Below are positions 48,547-59,067 of a stretch of 64,000 nt of DNA, one piece after another (position 1 is the stretch's first letter; every line of letters starts with the position of its first letter). Origin of the DNA: Candidatus Parcubacteria bacterium. GTDB taxonomy: Bacteria > Patescibacteriota > Minisyncoccia > UBA6257 > 2-01-FULL-56-20. The stretch is taken from positions 15,071 through 79,070 of the forward strand of contig DAIEHA010000002.1 of the NCBI GenBank assembly GCA_027355945.1, read 5' to 3'. A program made the translations under genes and the position numbers. Below the pieces are notes generated by a model that was not told the origin of the DNA, made no database searches, and saw nothing but the letters and a program-made list of their open reading frames with translations.

Positions 48547-49875
48547 TTATTTCGAGATCAGGAACGATTTCAGGGAAAACCCTGCAGTGCTTGTGGCGAC
48601 AAGCGTCGGGGGAGCGTCCACCCCCTGGAGATACAGGGATGATGAACCCGTGCGTGTGATGATATGGCCGGCTTGGCTTGTGCCGGAGAATGGCACGGCA
48701 GTCGCTTCATATACGAGGTGATCCTTATCAAGCGCGCCGAGAAGCGTGAGAATCGCGATCGGCTGCTGCGGTGCGGGGAGAGGATAGTAATTCCTCTCTT
48801 CGGCGATGTCGTAGTAGCCCAGGGCGTATCCTGAGGGGCTTGTACCGCCGCCGGCGTTTACCGCATACGAGGAGGTGTAATAGAAGACCCCCTTGCCGTC
48901 ATTGCTGAACACCGCGCCTCCCACCGTGTCTGTCGCGGAGAAGGTCGCATCCCCCAGTATCTTTAGAGAGCCGAGGGAACCCGGGTTGTCGTAGACCGGA
49001 TTTCCCGCGCTTCCGATAAGCTGTCGCACGGTGAATCCTCCGTATTGGAGATAGGCATATTCCGTACCATCCGGGCTTACGCGGGAGCGCATCGGAGGCA
49101 CCGTGAGCCACGAGCTCCGTGCAGTCGTTCCATTCGCAAGATCGAGCTTCCATATCTGAGGAGACGTAGTTGTATCCGGTCCCTGTTCGGTCATGGGGAT
49201 GGTGACATAGGAGAGCGACGCGCCATCCCTTGAGAAGTAAGGATTGTTCGATTCCTCGCCGGTGTAGCATGCCGGCGTGGGAAGCGAATCGAATACGCTG
49301 CTGCTTCCGGTCTCCGCGTTCAACACCGTGAATTGGCCCTCATCGTCGCAGTAGGCGATGAGTTCCGATGCGGATGAGATCCCCACCGAAGCGTTCGGAT
49401 CGATGATGGGGGAGCGGGTTATGGAAACGTCATTCAGGATATCCTTCTGCGGATCGAAGAATTCCACCTCCGACGTCGAAGGGGTGCCGTCATAGAGCGT
49501 CGAGAGGATTATGGGCGTTCCCTCGGGCGTGTTCCATTGCCAAGGTTGTGTCGAGGTTGCGAAGGACGCGTTGAATGCTTTGAGCGTTTCCGATGTCCCA
49601 TTGTGTGTATCATATACCGCGAACTCGGCATCGTTATAAGGATCGCCGCCTATGAACCGGTCGTTCTCATATATGAATCCCACCGAAGGGGATGATGACG
49701 TTTCCGGACCTGCGGCAGTCGTGAAGGCAGTGGAGGAGGACGATGTCCCTGCAACTGCGGCCGTGCCAGGAGATGCGTGGTTGCTGCGTGCGGCAGAGAG
49801 CCATATTTCCGCCGCGACGGCCGCGATCGCAGCAATGATAAGAAGCGCGATCCACACATATTTCTTTCGTCCCAT
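48547..49875 (-). CDS. Membrane-anchored beta-propeller-like (TolB-like) hypothetical protein
   Basis: N-terminal TM; repeated FSRDG / VSPDG / FSNDG blade motifs. Confidence 0.75.
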   Translation of the reverse strand: MGRKKYVWIALLIIAAIAAVAAEIWLSAARSNHASPGTAAVAGTSSSSTAFTTAAGPETSSSPSVGFIYENDRFIGGDPYNDAEFAVYDTHNGTSETLKAFNASFATSTQPWQWNTPEGTPIILSTLYDGTPSTSEVEFFDPQKDILNDVSITRSPIIDPNASVGISSASELIAYCDDEGQFTVLNAETGSSSVFDSLPTPACYTGEESNNPYFSRDGASLSYVTIPMTEQGPDTTTSPQIWKLDLANGTTARSSWLTVPPMRSRVSPDGTEYAYLQYGGFTVRQLIGSAGNPVYDNPGSLGSLKILGDATFSATDTVGGAVFSNDGKGVFYYTSSYAVNAGGGTSPSGYALGYYDIAEERNYYPLPAPQQPIAILTLLGALDKDHLVYEATAVPFSGTSQAGHIITRTGSSSLYLQGVDAPPTLVATSTAGFSLKSFLISK

Positions 49876-49927
49876 CTTCCCATTATAGCAGAATCACCCC
49901 AGTATCATTCTATGGTAAAATTGCGAT

Positions 49928-50374
49928 ATGGATACGCAAAATGATATTCCCGGGGTCCCTCCGCCGCCCGCGGAAGTGAAGGTGAGAACCATGCGCTCCG
50001 ATATCGAATCGATGACGAAAAGCGGAGGCGGACTCCCTCAATTCCAGAATGTCACAGTGCGAGGCCTTGCCATCGAGCGGGAGATATCGACGGCAGCGGC
50101 CCCGGAAAGCGTGGCGGAGATGGTGCATGCCCAGGCAGGAAGGGGGCCGGCTGCCGTTGCCGCCGCGGCCGCGGCCGAATCCCCATCTTCTGCGGAGGAC
50201 GTTCCCGGAGGGTCCCACAAGATGGCAGGCATCGTTCTTGTTGTGATCGTCGCGCTTGTCGCGGTGCTTGCGGTATCATATTTCGCATACAAAGAGCTTT
50301 GGAGTTCGAGTGCGGGGTCTTCTGCCCCCGCTGCACCCGCCGTTCCTGCCGCAGGGCAGTCCGCCGCAGGATGA
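49928..50374 (+). CDS. Single-TM hypothetical protein
   Basis: VRTMRSDI motif, TM near C-terminus; -10 box just upstream of ATG. Confidence 0.7.
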   Translation: MDTQNDIPGVPPPPAEVKVRTMRSDIESMTKSGGGLPQFQNVTVRGLAIEREISTAAAPESVAEMVHAQAGRGPAAVAAAAAAESPSSAEDVPGGSHKMAGIVLVVIVALVAVLAVSYFAYKELWSSSAGSSAPAAPAVPAAGQSAAG

Positions 50375-50387
50375 TATTCCGGGACTG

Positions 50388-50417
50388 AAAACGCCGCGGA
50401 TGGCCGCGGCGTTTTTT
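50388..50417. terminator. Bidirectional terminator
   Basis: AAAACGCCGCGG-ATGG-CCGCGGCGTTTTTT. Confidence 0.75.
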
Positions 50418-50447
50418 AATATCCTGCGTTCCTTTCTCCCCGGAGCA

Positions 50448-51533
50448 TCATTCCTCCGTTTCCCCATCGGACCCTTTCGCGTCCGAATTCTCCCCGGAGC
50501 TCGCAACTTTCTCTTTGATCGCATCGAGAACCTTCTTGTCCTCTTTGAGCTTTGCGCGTGCCGCTTCGAACCCCACCCCGAGCCGCTCGCCTTCGAAACT
50601 AAGGCTCGACCCTGATTTTTTCACCACGCCTTTCGCGACGGCAGCGTTCAGCACATCGCCCTCATAGGATATCCCCTCATTGAAAAGGATATCGAATTCC
50701 GCGAATCTGAATGGAGGCGCCACTTTGTTCTTCACGACTTTCGCTTTCACGCGGTTGCCGACCACATTCTCCCCCCTCTTCACCTGGGCGATGCGGCGGA
50801 TATCGATGCGAACCGATGCCGCGAAGGGGAGCGCGCGGCCGCCCGGCGTCGTCTCCGGATTGCCGAACATCACGCCTATCTTCATGCGGATCTGATTTAT
50901 GAAAATGATCATCGTCTGCGTGTTCGCAGCGAGCGCGGTCAGCTTGCGGAGCGCCTGTCCCATCATGCGGGCCTGGCGGCCGACATGCTGCTCTCCGATC
51001 TCCCCTTCAAGCTCCGCTTGCGGGGTGAGCGCTGCCACGGAATCCACGACGACGACCGATATCATCCCTGAACGGACGAGGCTTTCAAGGATGTTGAGCG
51101 CTTCTTCGCCGCTATCCGGCTGCGAGATGAGGAGCTCGTTGACGTTCACGCCGAGCTTCTTCGCATATTCGGGGTCCATGGCGTGCTCCGCATCGATGAA
51201 TGCGCACTTGCCTCCCTTCTTCTGCGCCTGGGCGACGACGTTCAGCGCGAGCGTGGTTTTTCCGCTCGATTCCGGACCGAAGATCTCGACGATCCTTCCG
51301 CGAGGAAGACCTCCCACGCCGAGTGCGAGATCGAGGGAGAATGATCCCGTTGAGACCACGGCGACGTCCACCTTGCTCACTTCGCCGAGCCGCATGATGG
51401 CCCCTTCGCCGAATTTTTCCTGGAGCGATGAAAGAAGGTTCTCGAAGTCCTTTTGAGATCCTGCGGAGCTTTGTTTCGGTTCCGCGTGTTTCATCCTCGG
51501 CGGTGCCGCCTTCGCTTTTTTGTATGGTGTCAT
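50448..51533 (-). CDS. recA: Recombinase RecA
   Basis: [34 protein letters not shown]. Confidence 0.99.
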   Translation of the reverse strand: MTPYKKAKAAPPRMKHAEPKQSSAGSQKDFENLLSSLQEKFGEGAIMRLGEVSKVDVAVVSTGSFSLDLALGVGGLPRGRIVEIFGPESSGKTTLALNVVAQAQKKGGKCAFIDAEHAMDPEYAKKLGVNVNELLISQPDSGEEALNILESLVRSGMISVVVVDSVAALTPQAELEGEIGEQHVGRQARMMGQALRKLTALAANTQTMIIFINQIRMKIGVMFGNPETTPGGRALPFAASVRIDIRRIAQVKRGENVVGNRVKAKVVKNKVAPPFRFAEFDILFNEGISYEGDVLNAAVAKGVVKKSGSSLSFEGERLGVGFEAARAKLKEDKKVLDAIKEKVASSGENSDAKGSDGETEE

Positions 51534-51587
51534 GGGTTCATTATAACAGAACCCGGATAAAGAAACCCCTAAGAAAATAGGGCCGCA

Positions 51588-52361
51588 TCAGGGATGCACG
51601 GGGCTTGATGAGGGGGCGATGCCCGTCTGAGGGCCGCCAGCGTTCGCGGGGGTGCCTGACGCAGTGGACGACGCGGAAAGGGAGGTCGTGCTGCCGAATG
51701 CGGGGGTCCCGGAGGCGGAGCCCGTCGTTTCATAGAAGACGTTTTCCGTGATGACGGCGGTGCCGCCAAGGAATTTCTTGGCCGATATTTTGAACGGATT
51801 GGGACCTGCGCCGAGGAGCACCGTCTCCTGCCATGAACCATCGGGGGCTACGGGTATCTCCTGGGTGTCGTTCAGATAGAGCGTATCGGCATTGGTCACC
51901 GTGCCCGAGAACGTGATCGTGTTCGAGGCTGTCGTATAAGGGTTGCCCGTAGGGAAGGTCACGGTGATGACCGGGGTTCCCAGGATGCGATGCGCCTGGA
52001 AGGCGAAGTAGATCGCGAGGATCACCACGACGACGATCGCCCAGATGTATTTCGGCGGAGTTTGCTTGATGAAGCGGTTGCGGGGAAGTATGTCCCCGGG
52101 ACCGGAATAGTTCTTGACCGCACCGTCCCTTCGGAGGCGCTTCCACCATTCCTCGCCGTCAAAGCCGAGCTCGTCGCCGAGGCGCAAAAGGTAGCCCCTC
52201 AAATAAGGTGCAGAGGGGAGCGCTTCGAAATCCCCCCGCAGGAGGCTTTCGATGTGCATAGGCGCGATCCCCGTCACATCGGCGAGTTTTTTGAGCGAAA
52301 CACCTCTTTCCTTTATCCGTTCGGAGAAGAATTGCTCGAATGAGGAAGTCTCCGTTTCCAT
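51588..52361 (-). CDS. RodZ-like HTH membrane protein with Ig-like ectodomain
   Basis: HTH with LPSAPYLRGYL, TM, beta-sandwich C-terminus; lies between ftsK and recA. Confidence 0.85.
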   Translation of the reverse strand: METETSSFEQFFSERIKERGVSLKKLADVTGIAPMHIESLLRGDFEALPSAPYLRGYLLRLGDELGFDGEEWWKRLRRDGAVKNYSGPGDILPRNRFIKQTPPKYIWAIVVVVILAIYFAFQAHRILGTPVITVTFPTGNPYTTASNTITFSGTVTNADTLYLNDTQEIPVAPDGSWQETVLLGAGPNPFKISAKKFLGGTAVITENVFYETTGSASGTPAFGSTTSLSASSTASGTPANAGGPQTGIAPSSSPVHP

Positions 52362-52405
52362 GCCCTCATTCTAGGCTTTGACGGGGAAATAGTCCACCGC
52401 GGGGC

Positions 52406-54652
52406 CTATGAAAGCCTCTCTTCTATCTTTTCCACATCCACGTCGCGCGGCTTGGCGCCTTCGCCGGGGCCTATGTAACCGGCGGATTCCATGAGATCGA
52501 GCAGTCGCGCCGCGCGTGCGTATCCCACTTTCAAGCGGCGCTGGAGGAGCGATGCGGACGCCTTCTTCGCCTCCGCGACCGTCGCGAGCGCCTCGTCGAA
52601 GAGATCATCCTCCGCCTCATCGCCTTCCGCGCCGCCGCCGCCGTTCAGGAATGCGTCGAGGCCTTGCGGCACGATGGGCCCTGCTTTATCGATGTTCTCT
52701 TGTTCCGCATCCACCTCGGGCTTCCCGTTGCCTTCGGACGATCCATCCATCTGCGGGGTGTTATGCTCTTTGATGAAACTCACGACGGACTTGAGCTCTT
52801 CCTCAGTGATATAGGAACCCTGGATGCGTTTGGGTTTTGAAAGGTCTGCGGAAAGGAAGAGGAGATCGCCGTGTCCGAGAAGTTTCTCCGCGCCGGCGGT
52901 ATCGAGGATGGTCCTCGAATCGATCTGCGATGCGACCTGCAGCGCCACGCGCGAAGGGATGTTCGCTTTGATGAGGCCCGTGATGACCTCTACCGACGGC
53001 CGCTGGGTTGCGAGGAGGAGATGGATCCCTGTCGCGCGCGCCATCTGGGCGAGACGTACGATGGCGCCTTCGACGTCGCGTCCGAAGGAGCTCATGAGAT
53101 CGGCCATCTCGTCGATGCCGATAAGCACGTAGGGGAGCGCCTCCGGACCCTTATGATTCGCATTGTAGCTCTTGATGTCGCGGCTCCCGGCGCGCTGGAG
53201 AAGCTCGTAGCGGCGTTCCATCTCGCTGATCGCCCAGCGGAGCACGCCAAGCGCCTTTTTGTTCTCAGTGATGACCGGCGTGATGAGATGGGGGATCCCG
53301 TCGTACATGGAGAGTTCCACGCGTTTGGGGTCGATGAGCGCGAGCCGGAGCGTCTGCGGCGAGTTCTTATAAAGGAGCGAGGTGATGAGGCCGTGCACGA
53401 GGATGGATTTCCCTGAACCCGTCGCGCCCGCGACGAGCATGTGCGGCATCTTCTCGATGTTCGCGAAGATCGGCTCTCCCGAAACGTCGCGTCCGAGTGC
53501 GAAGCTCAGAGGGCCGGACGACTGGAACTCGGGATAATTCATGAGCGAGCCGAGGCGTACGAGCGCGGCAGCCTTGTTCGGGACCTCGATGCCCACGAGC
53601 GATTTTCCAGGGATCGGCGCTTCGATACGCACCGGATGCGCCGCGAGTGCGAGCGCAAGATCGGGGTTGAGTGCTGTGATGCGCGAGAGCTTCACGCCTT
53701 CCGCGGGTTTCAGTGTATAGCGAGTGACGGCGGGTCCCACGTTGATCTCCCCCATTTCCACGGCGATACCGAATGATTCGAGGGTCCTCTTTATTATGTT
53801 CGCATTCGCGAGAAGGTCGCCCGTGGTCGGTTTGCTGCTGTCCGATTTAAGGAGCGAGAGCGGAGGAGGGACATAGTTCGCAAAAACGGGCGCCTTTCCC
53901 GGCTTTTGGGCCTTCCCTCCGAGCTCATTCCCATCTTTCGCATGTATGACCGGGATCTCATCCTTTCCTGCCGGCGCAGCCTTTTTCTCTTTGTCGCCGT
54001 TCTTTTCCTTCTTCGCATCCGCAGACACCTCCTTCCCGGAGGGTTCCTCTTCATTCTCGCCGGTCACGATGAGCGCCTCCTCCTCTCCGTCCTCATCCTC
54101 ATCGATGTCCGCATCCTTTTCGGGCCATTTTATCTTGAGGGGGATGTTCGCAGTGACGAGGACCGAGATCACAAGTATGAAAATATCGATGATGAGCGCC
54201 GCGATCACGCCGAAGGGTATCCGGAGGGATCCCAATATGAGCCCGAGCCATCCTCCGTTCCCCGGCGAGATCACTTCGATGACGCCCAGGAATGAAAGGA
54301 TGAGGAGGCCCGCACCGAAGGTCGTGATGCCGATTATCTTTTTTCGCCCCGCGACGAGGAGCACGATCCCGTTGAAGACGAGCGCTCCGGGAAGGATGAA
54401 ATAACCCCAGCCGAGCAGCGCATCGAGGCCATTATAGATAGCGGCCCCCGCCGGACCCGCTTTCGCGAATCCTGCAAGCGTGAGCACGATCGCGATGCCG
54501 AAGAATGCGATCGCCCAGATGGAGTTCGCGGTCTCCGGATGGAGGAGCTGTTCCCGGTCCTCTTTGATGCTTCGCGGTGCGGGATCCGCCCCTTTCCCAT
54601 TCTTCCGATTCTTTCCGTTCCTGCCGTTCTTGCTCCGTGTGCGTGGTGCCAT
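52406..54652 (-). CDS. ftsK: DNA translocase FtsK
   Basis: N-terminal TMs, AGATGSGKS, IDPKRVEL, ATQRPS, gamma domain SASLLQRRLKVGYARAARL. Confidence 0.98.
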   Translation of the reverse strand: MAPRTRSKNGRNGKNRKNGKGADPAPRSIKEDREQLLHPETANSIWAIAFFGIAIVLTLAGFAKAGPAGAAIYNGLDALLGWGYFILPGALVFNGIVLLVAGRKKIIGITTFGAGLLILSFLGVIEVISPGNGGWLGLILGSLRIPFGVIAALIIDIFILVISVLVTANIPLKIKWPEKDADIDEDEDGEEEALIVTGENEEEPSGKEVSADAKKEKNGDKEKKAAPAGKDEIPVIHAKDGNELGGKAQKPGKAPVFANYVPPPLSLLKSDSSKPTTGDLLANANIIKRTLESFGIAVEMGEINVGPAVTRYTLKPAEGVKLSRITALNPDLALALAAHPVRIEAPIPGKSLVGIEVPNKAAALVRLGSLMNYPEFQSSGPLSFALGRDVSGEPIFANIEKMPHMLVAGATGSGKSILVHGLITSLLYKNSPQTLRLALIDPKRVELSMYDGIPHLITPVITENKKALGVLRWAISEMERRYELLQRAGSRDIKSYNANHKGPEALPYVLIGIDEMADLMSSFGRDVEGAIVRLAQMARATGIHLLLATQRPSVEVITGLIKANIPSRVALQVASQIDSRTILDTAGAEKLLGHGDLLFLSADLSKPKRIQGSYITEEELKSVVSFIKEHNTPQMDGSSEGNGKPEVDAEQENIDKAGPIVPQGLDAFLNGGGGAEGDEAEDDLFDEALATVAEAKKASASLLQRRLKVGYARAARLLDLMESAGYIGPGEGAKPRDVDVEKIEERLS

Positions 54653-54725
54653 GACGAAATTATTTTAGCACCAATCGCGCAATCGTGCATGAGTTCCGGG
54701 AATGGCCCCGGCTCCCTTTCCGGCA

Positions 54726-56546
54726 CTATCCCACGGTGAACGGCGTGTCTGCGAGGATGCGTTCGAAGAGCTCCGCTCCGGCGCGTTCGATGGCCTCCGC
54801 CTCGCGGTCCACCTCCTCCTTCGTCCGTTCCCCGATCGTTCCGCGGACCGCGGTATAGTATTTCATTTTCGGTTCCGTTCCCGAGGGGCGGATATGGAGC
54901 GCCGTCCGTTCGTCCGCGGAAAAGAAGAACGAGAGCATATCCCCGCGATCCCATTCCCTTGATTCGAGGACCGCGCCGGTCGCGCCGTCCCTCACCTCTC
55001 CTGTGAGGCGGTCCATCACTTTGAGCACGGGTATGCCTCCGATCTCCTTCGGGAGCGCGCCGCGGAGCTTTTTCATGGCGAGGTTCATCCTATCGAATGC
55101 GCCGAGTCCTTCGATCTCCCTGCCGTAGAGCCGCTGGGCATAGTATCCGTAGTGCGCGTATACCGATTCCAGGAGGTCCATGACCGTCATGCCTTTCGTC
55201 CTGCACCATGCCGCCATCTCCGCCGCGATGACCGCGGGCGTCTCGGCACCCTTGTCCCGATAGGCGGTGCCGAAGAGATAGCCGCAGCTTTCCTCGCAGC
55301 CCGCGATGAACTGCCGTTCCGGAGGGAGATGCTCGAGACGGTCCCCGATGAACTTGAATCCCACAAGAAGATCGCCGATCACTTCGGCATGGAAACGATC
55401 GGCGATATCCCGCACGAGGTCGGTCGTCACCGAGGTCTTTATGATCACCGGATGGGAGGGCATCGTGCCGGCCTCAGCCCGTCCTTCCATCGCGAAATGC
55501 ACGAGGAGCGCCGCAGTCTGGTTGCCGGTGAGCACGTGCCATTCGCCCTGCATGTCCGGCGCCGCAACGCCAAGCCGGTCCGCATCCGGGTCTGAGACGA
55601 TCGCGATATCCGCCTTCCGTTCCTTTGCGAGCGCGATCACTTGTGCATACACCGCGGGAAACTCCGGATTCGGGAAGTGTCCTTTCACGGTGGGGAACCG
55701 GCCGTCGAGCGTCATCTGTTCTTCCACGACGGCAATATCCTCGAAGCCCGCGCCTTTGAGTGCGGGAAGCACCGATTGCGATCCCACGCCATGGAGCGGC
55801 GAATATGCGATGCGGACGTCCCGCAGCGGGCGCAGGGATACCGCTTTCGCCGCTTCGATGAACGCATCATCCGTCTCCTTTTCGATCGTGCGCACAAGTC
55901 CTTGGGCGACGGCATCCTCGAACGCCATCTTCTTTATGGTCGATGCGCTTGCATTGAACTCCTTTTCAATGAGAAGGCCTTCATCGGGGAGCACTTGGAC
56001 GCCATGTTCGTCATATACTTTATAGCCGTTGAATTGCGGCGGATTATGGCTTGCGGTGATCACGATGCCCCCTCCGAGGGAACGATGACGAACGGTGAAG
56101 GAAAGCTCCGGCGTTGCGCGGTAGTACGGGAACACATACGCGGGGATGCCGTTCGCGGCGAGCACCCGGGCGGTTTCTTTCATGAATCCCTCCGAATTAA
56201 GCCTGCTGTCGTATGCGATGGCGATCCCTTTGCGGGCGGCCTCGCGCTTATATTCAAGGAGATATTGTGCATAGGCCTGGGATGCCCACCGGATCGTGTG
56301 ATTGTTGATGCGGTTCGTGCCGATATCCATGACGCCGCGAATGCCCCCTGTGCCGAAGAGCACCGTCCGGTAGAACGCATCCATCAGGAACTCCCATGCA
56401 CCCTCCGCGACCCTCCTCTCGATCTCCGGAACGAACTCCTCGAACTCCTCCTCTGCAAGCCATCTCCCGATCTCGTCGTAGGCCCTGCGGTCCAGCTCTT
56501 TGCGTGCAAGCGCCTCCTTCAGCCCCGTTTCCGTTGATGCATTCAT
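54726..56546 (-). CDS. Phosphoglucomutase/phosphomannomutase
   Basis: FGTGGIRG, TASHNP, DPDADR, EESCG, RPSGTEPKMK. Confidence 0.95.
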   Translation of the reverse strand: MNASTETGLKEALARKELDRRAYDEIGRWLAEEEFEEFVPEIERRVAEGAWEFLMDAFYRTVLFGTGGIRGVMDIGTNRINNHTIRWASQAYAQYLLEYKREAARKGIAIAYDSRLNSEGFMKETARVLAANGIPAYVFPYYRATPELSFTVRHRSLGGGIVITASHNPPQFNGYKVYDEHGVQVLPDEGLLIEKEFNASASTIKKMAFEDAVAQGLVRTIEKETDDAFIEAAKAVSLRPLRDVRIAYSPLHGVGSQSVLPALKGAGFEDIAVVEEQMTLDGRFPTVKGHFPNPEFPAVYAQVIALAKERKADIAIVSDPDADRLGVAAPDMQGEWHVLTGNQTAALLVHFAMEGRAEAGTMPSHPVIIKTSVTTDLVRDIADRFHAEVIGDLLVGFKFIGDRLEHLPPERQFIAGCEESCGYLFGTAYRDKGAETPAVIAAEMAAWCRTKGMTVMDLLESVYAHYGYYAQRLYGREIEGLGAFDRMNLAMKKLRGALPKEIGGIPVLKVMDRLTGEVRDGATGAVLESREWDRGDMLSFFFSADERTALHIRPSGTEPKMKYYTAVRGTIGERTKEEVDREAEAIERAGAELFERILADTPFTVG

Positions 56547-56669
56547 ATCGTCCATTATACCACCCGCATATCGCCCGTCCGCAGTGTGTTTCGCGCGGGC
56601 GGCGCCGGCGCCGGCATGCGCAGCCCGGATTCATTGACACCCTTCGGACAAACACCTATATTCCAGGTG

Positions 56670-57149
56670 ATGACGGAATTCCTCAATGGTTCGAATGGCA
56701 TCCCGCTTACCGTTGACCAGGTGGTCGCGGAGATCGGTGCGTTCATGAGGGCGGCGCCGGAGCGGCGTTATAAAGTGACCCTCGGCACCGACTCCGAACT
56801 TCTCGCCGACAAAGATGCCGATTTCGTCACCGCGATCGTCGTACACCGCGTGGGCAACGGCGGACGCTATTATTGGCGGCGTTTCGAGCTCGGTAAATTC
56901 CACACGCTCCGCGACCGCATGATCCGCGAGGCGCTCATCTCCCTCGAGCTTGCCCGCAAAGTCCTCCTCGAGCTCAAAAAGGAGTCCCTTCCGGATTTCG
57001 AGTTCGAGATCCATGCGGATATCGGCGAACAAGGTCCGACACGGGCCGTGATCCAGGAGATCGTCGGAATGATCCGTGCGAACAATTTCGAGGTCCGCAT
57101 CAAACCCTTCAGCTATGCGGCGACGAACGTCGCCGACAGGCACGTATAG
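56670..57149 (+). CDS. RNase H-like YkuK (DUF458) protein
   Basis: GTDS, FVTAIVVHRVGNGG, EIHADIG, AADR-like end. Confidence 0.9.
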   Translation: MTEFLNGSNGIPLTVDQVVAEIGAFMRAAPERRYKVTLGTDSELLADKDADFVTAIVVHRVGNGGRYYWRRFELGKFHTLRDRMIREALISLELARKVLLELKKESLPDFEFEIHADIGEQGPTRAVIQEIVGMIRANNFEVRIKPFSYAATNVADRHV

Positions 57150-57166
57150 ACCCCTCATCCCATCCC

Positions 57167-57742
57167 ATGGCATTGGACACCATCGTATTCGATATCGAAA
57201 CCCAGAACTTCTTCACCGACCCCGGCGTGGGTCGGGATAATTTCGGCGCACTCAAGATCTCCGTGGTGTGCGCATACTCCTATCTCGAGGATCGCTATCA
57301 CTGCTACGAAGAGCATGAGATGGACAAGCTTGCGGAACTCTTTTCCTCCGCAAAGCGCATCGTCGGGTTCAGCATGAACCGGTACGATATCCCGGTCCTC
57401 ACCCATTATTTCAAAAAGCTCAAAGGTGCTGCCCCGGACCTTTGGAAGATGGACCGTGTGGACCTTCTTGAGGAGATCGAGCTTGCGACCGGGCATCGCA
57501 TCGGCCTTGCGCGTCTCGCGGAGGCGAACCTCGGAGCTACCAAAAGCCATCACGGGTCCGAGGCGGGTACGCTCTATGATGAAGGGAAGATGGATGAACT
57601 CAAGGAATACTGTACGAATGATGTGAAGCTCACCAAAGACCTTTATGACCTTTACCGCACCCGCCACTTCCTTCTCATACCCCGCCGGGACGGCGATCCA
57701 TTGAGGATCGATTTCGCAAAGCCTGCAGGCGCCGCGGCATGA
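57167..57742 (+). CDS. RNase H-like (DEDD, YprB-like) exonuclease domain protein
   Basis: FDIET, VGF...YDIPVL, YCTNDV. Confidence 0.9.
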   Translation: MALDTIVFDIETQNFFTDPGVGRDNFGALKISVVCAYSYLEDRYHCYEEHEMDKLAELFSSAKRIVGFSMNRYDIPVLTHYFKKLKGAAPDLWKMDRVDLLEEIELATGHRIGLARLAEANLGATKSHHGSEAGTLYDEGKMDELKEYCTNDVKLTKDLYDLYRTRHFLLIPRRDGDPLRIDFAKPAGAAA

Positions 57743-58995
57743 TCCCGAACCATTCCCACGCCATGCTCACGCGCACGTATCTCGACCATGCCGCAGGGAC
57801 GCCCGTCGATCCGCAAGTGGAGCGGACGATGCGCCCCTATTTCCTCAAAGAGTTCGGCAATCCCGGATCCCTCCATTCCTTCGGCCAGGAGGCGATCGCG
57901 GCGCTCGATGCCGCGCGCGAATCCTTCGCGGGCCTCATCGGCGCGGATTTCCGCGAGGTCGTGTTCACCGGGTCTGCGACCGAGGCGAACAATCTCGCGC
58001 TCCGCGGCGCGGTGAGGGCGTGGAACGGTGAACCCCGCCATCGCGGCCTTGCGCCGAGGATCATCGTGAGCGCCATCGAACATGAATCAGTGCTCGAGAC
58101 CGCTGCGGATCTTGCGCGGGAAGGAGCGGAAACGGTCTATGCACCCGTCGACGGCCGTGGTGCCGTCGATCCCTCGTGGATCGCGCAGGCGATCGGCGAT
58201 GATGGGCGCACTGCGATCGTCTCCGTGATGCATGTGAACAATGAGACGGGGACCGTTCAGCCTGTGGCCGCCATTGCGGATGCGGTGCGCGAACTACGCA
58301 TACACGCGAACGCGAACGTGAGGGGCGCGGCGGGAGCTTCCGGCAGGGTTCCGGCGCGATGGCCGCTCTTCCATACGGATGCCGTGCAGGCATTCCCCTA
58401 TCTCTCCTGCGACATGCGTCGGATCGCTGCGGATATGATGACGCTTTCGGCGCATAAGATATGCGGGCCGAAGGGGGTGGGAGCCCTTTTCGTGCGTACG
58501 GGAACGCCGCTCGCGCCCATCGTCACCGGAGGGGGACAGGAGTTCGGGTTCCGGTCCGGAACGGAGAACGTACCGCTCATCGCAGGATTCGCCAAAGCAG
58601 CTGCGCTTGCCGCGGCATCGAGGGAGAAGGAGGCGGCGCGCCTCCATTCCCTCAGGGATCATTGCATAAAGGGGATCAAAAAGACCTTAAGGGGTGCGAT
58701 GTTCCATGGGCCGACGCGCAGATCATCCGCGGCGCCACATATCGTGAACTTTTCCGTTCCCGGAAGGGATGCTGCGGACCTTGTCGTGATGCTCGATCTT
58801 GCCGGCATCGCGGTTTCTTCGGGATCCGCATGCCGTGCCCGCGCCGCAGCCCCCTCCTACGTCCTCCGCGCGCTTCATGGGGATGGCCTCGCACCGGGCG
58901 AACATGCGCCATCCGGCGTCCGCGTGAGTTTCGGGAGGACCACCACAAAGGAGGACGTGAACCGTTTCCTCCGCGCGCTCAAGTCCCTTCGCTGA
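57739..58995 (+). CDS. Cysteine desulfurase (IscS/NifS type)
   Basis: YLDHAAGTP, HTDAVQA, SAHKICGPKG, SSGSAC. Confidence 0.95.
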   Translation: MIPNHSHAMLTRTYLDHAAGTPVDPQVERTMRPYFLKEFGNPGSLHSFGQEAIAALDAARESFAGLIGADFREVVFTGSATEANNLALRGAVRAWNGEPRHRGLAPRIIVSAIEHESVLETAADLAREGAETVYAPVDGRGAVDPSWIAQAIGDDGRTAIVSVMHVNNETGTVQPVAAIADAVRELRIHANANVRGAAGASGRVPARWPLFHTDAVQAFPYLSCDMRRIAADMMTLSAHKICGPKGVGALFVRTGTPLAPIVTGGGQEFGFRSGTENVPLIAGFAKAAALAAASREKEAARLHSLRDHCIKGIKKTLRGAMFHGPTRRSSAAPHIVNFSVPGRDAADLVVMLDLAGIAVSSGSACRARAAAPSYVLRALHGDGLAPGEHAPSGVRVSFGRTTTKEDVNRFLRALKSLR

Positions 58996-59067
58996 AACTT
59001 TTTCATCTCTGGGGACGTAGTAAGGGATAAAAGGCCTGACCTCATTTTTTAGTATCAACATATTGCA

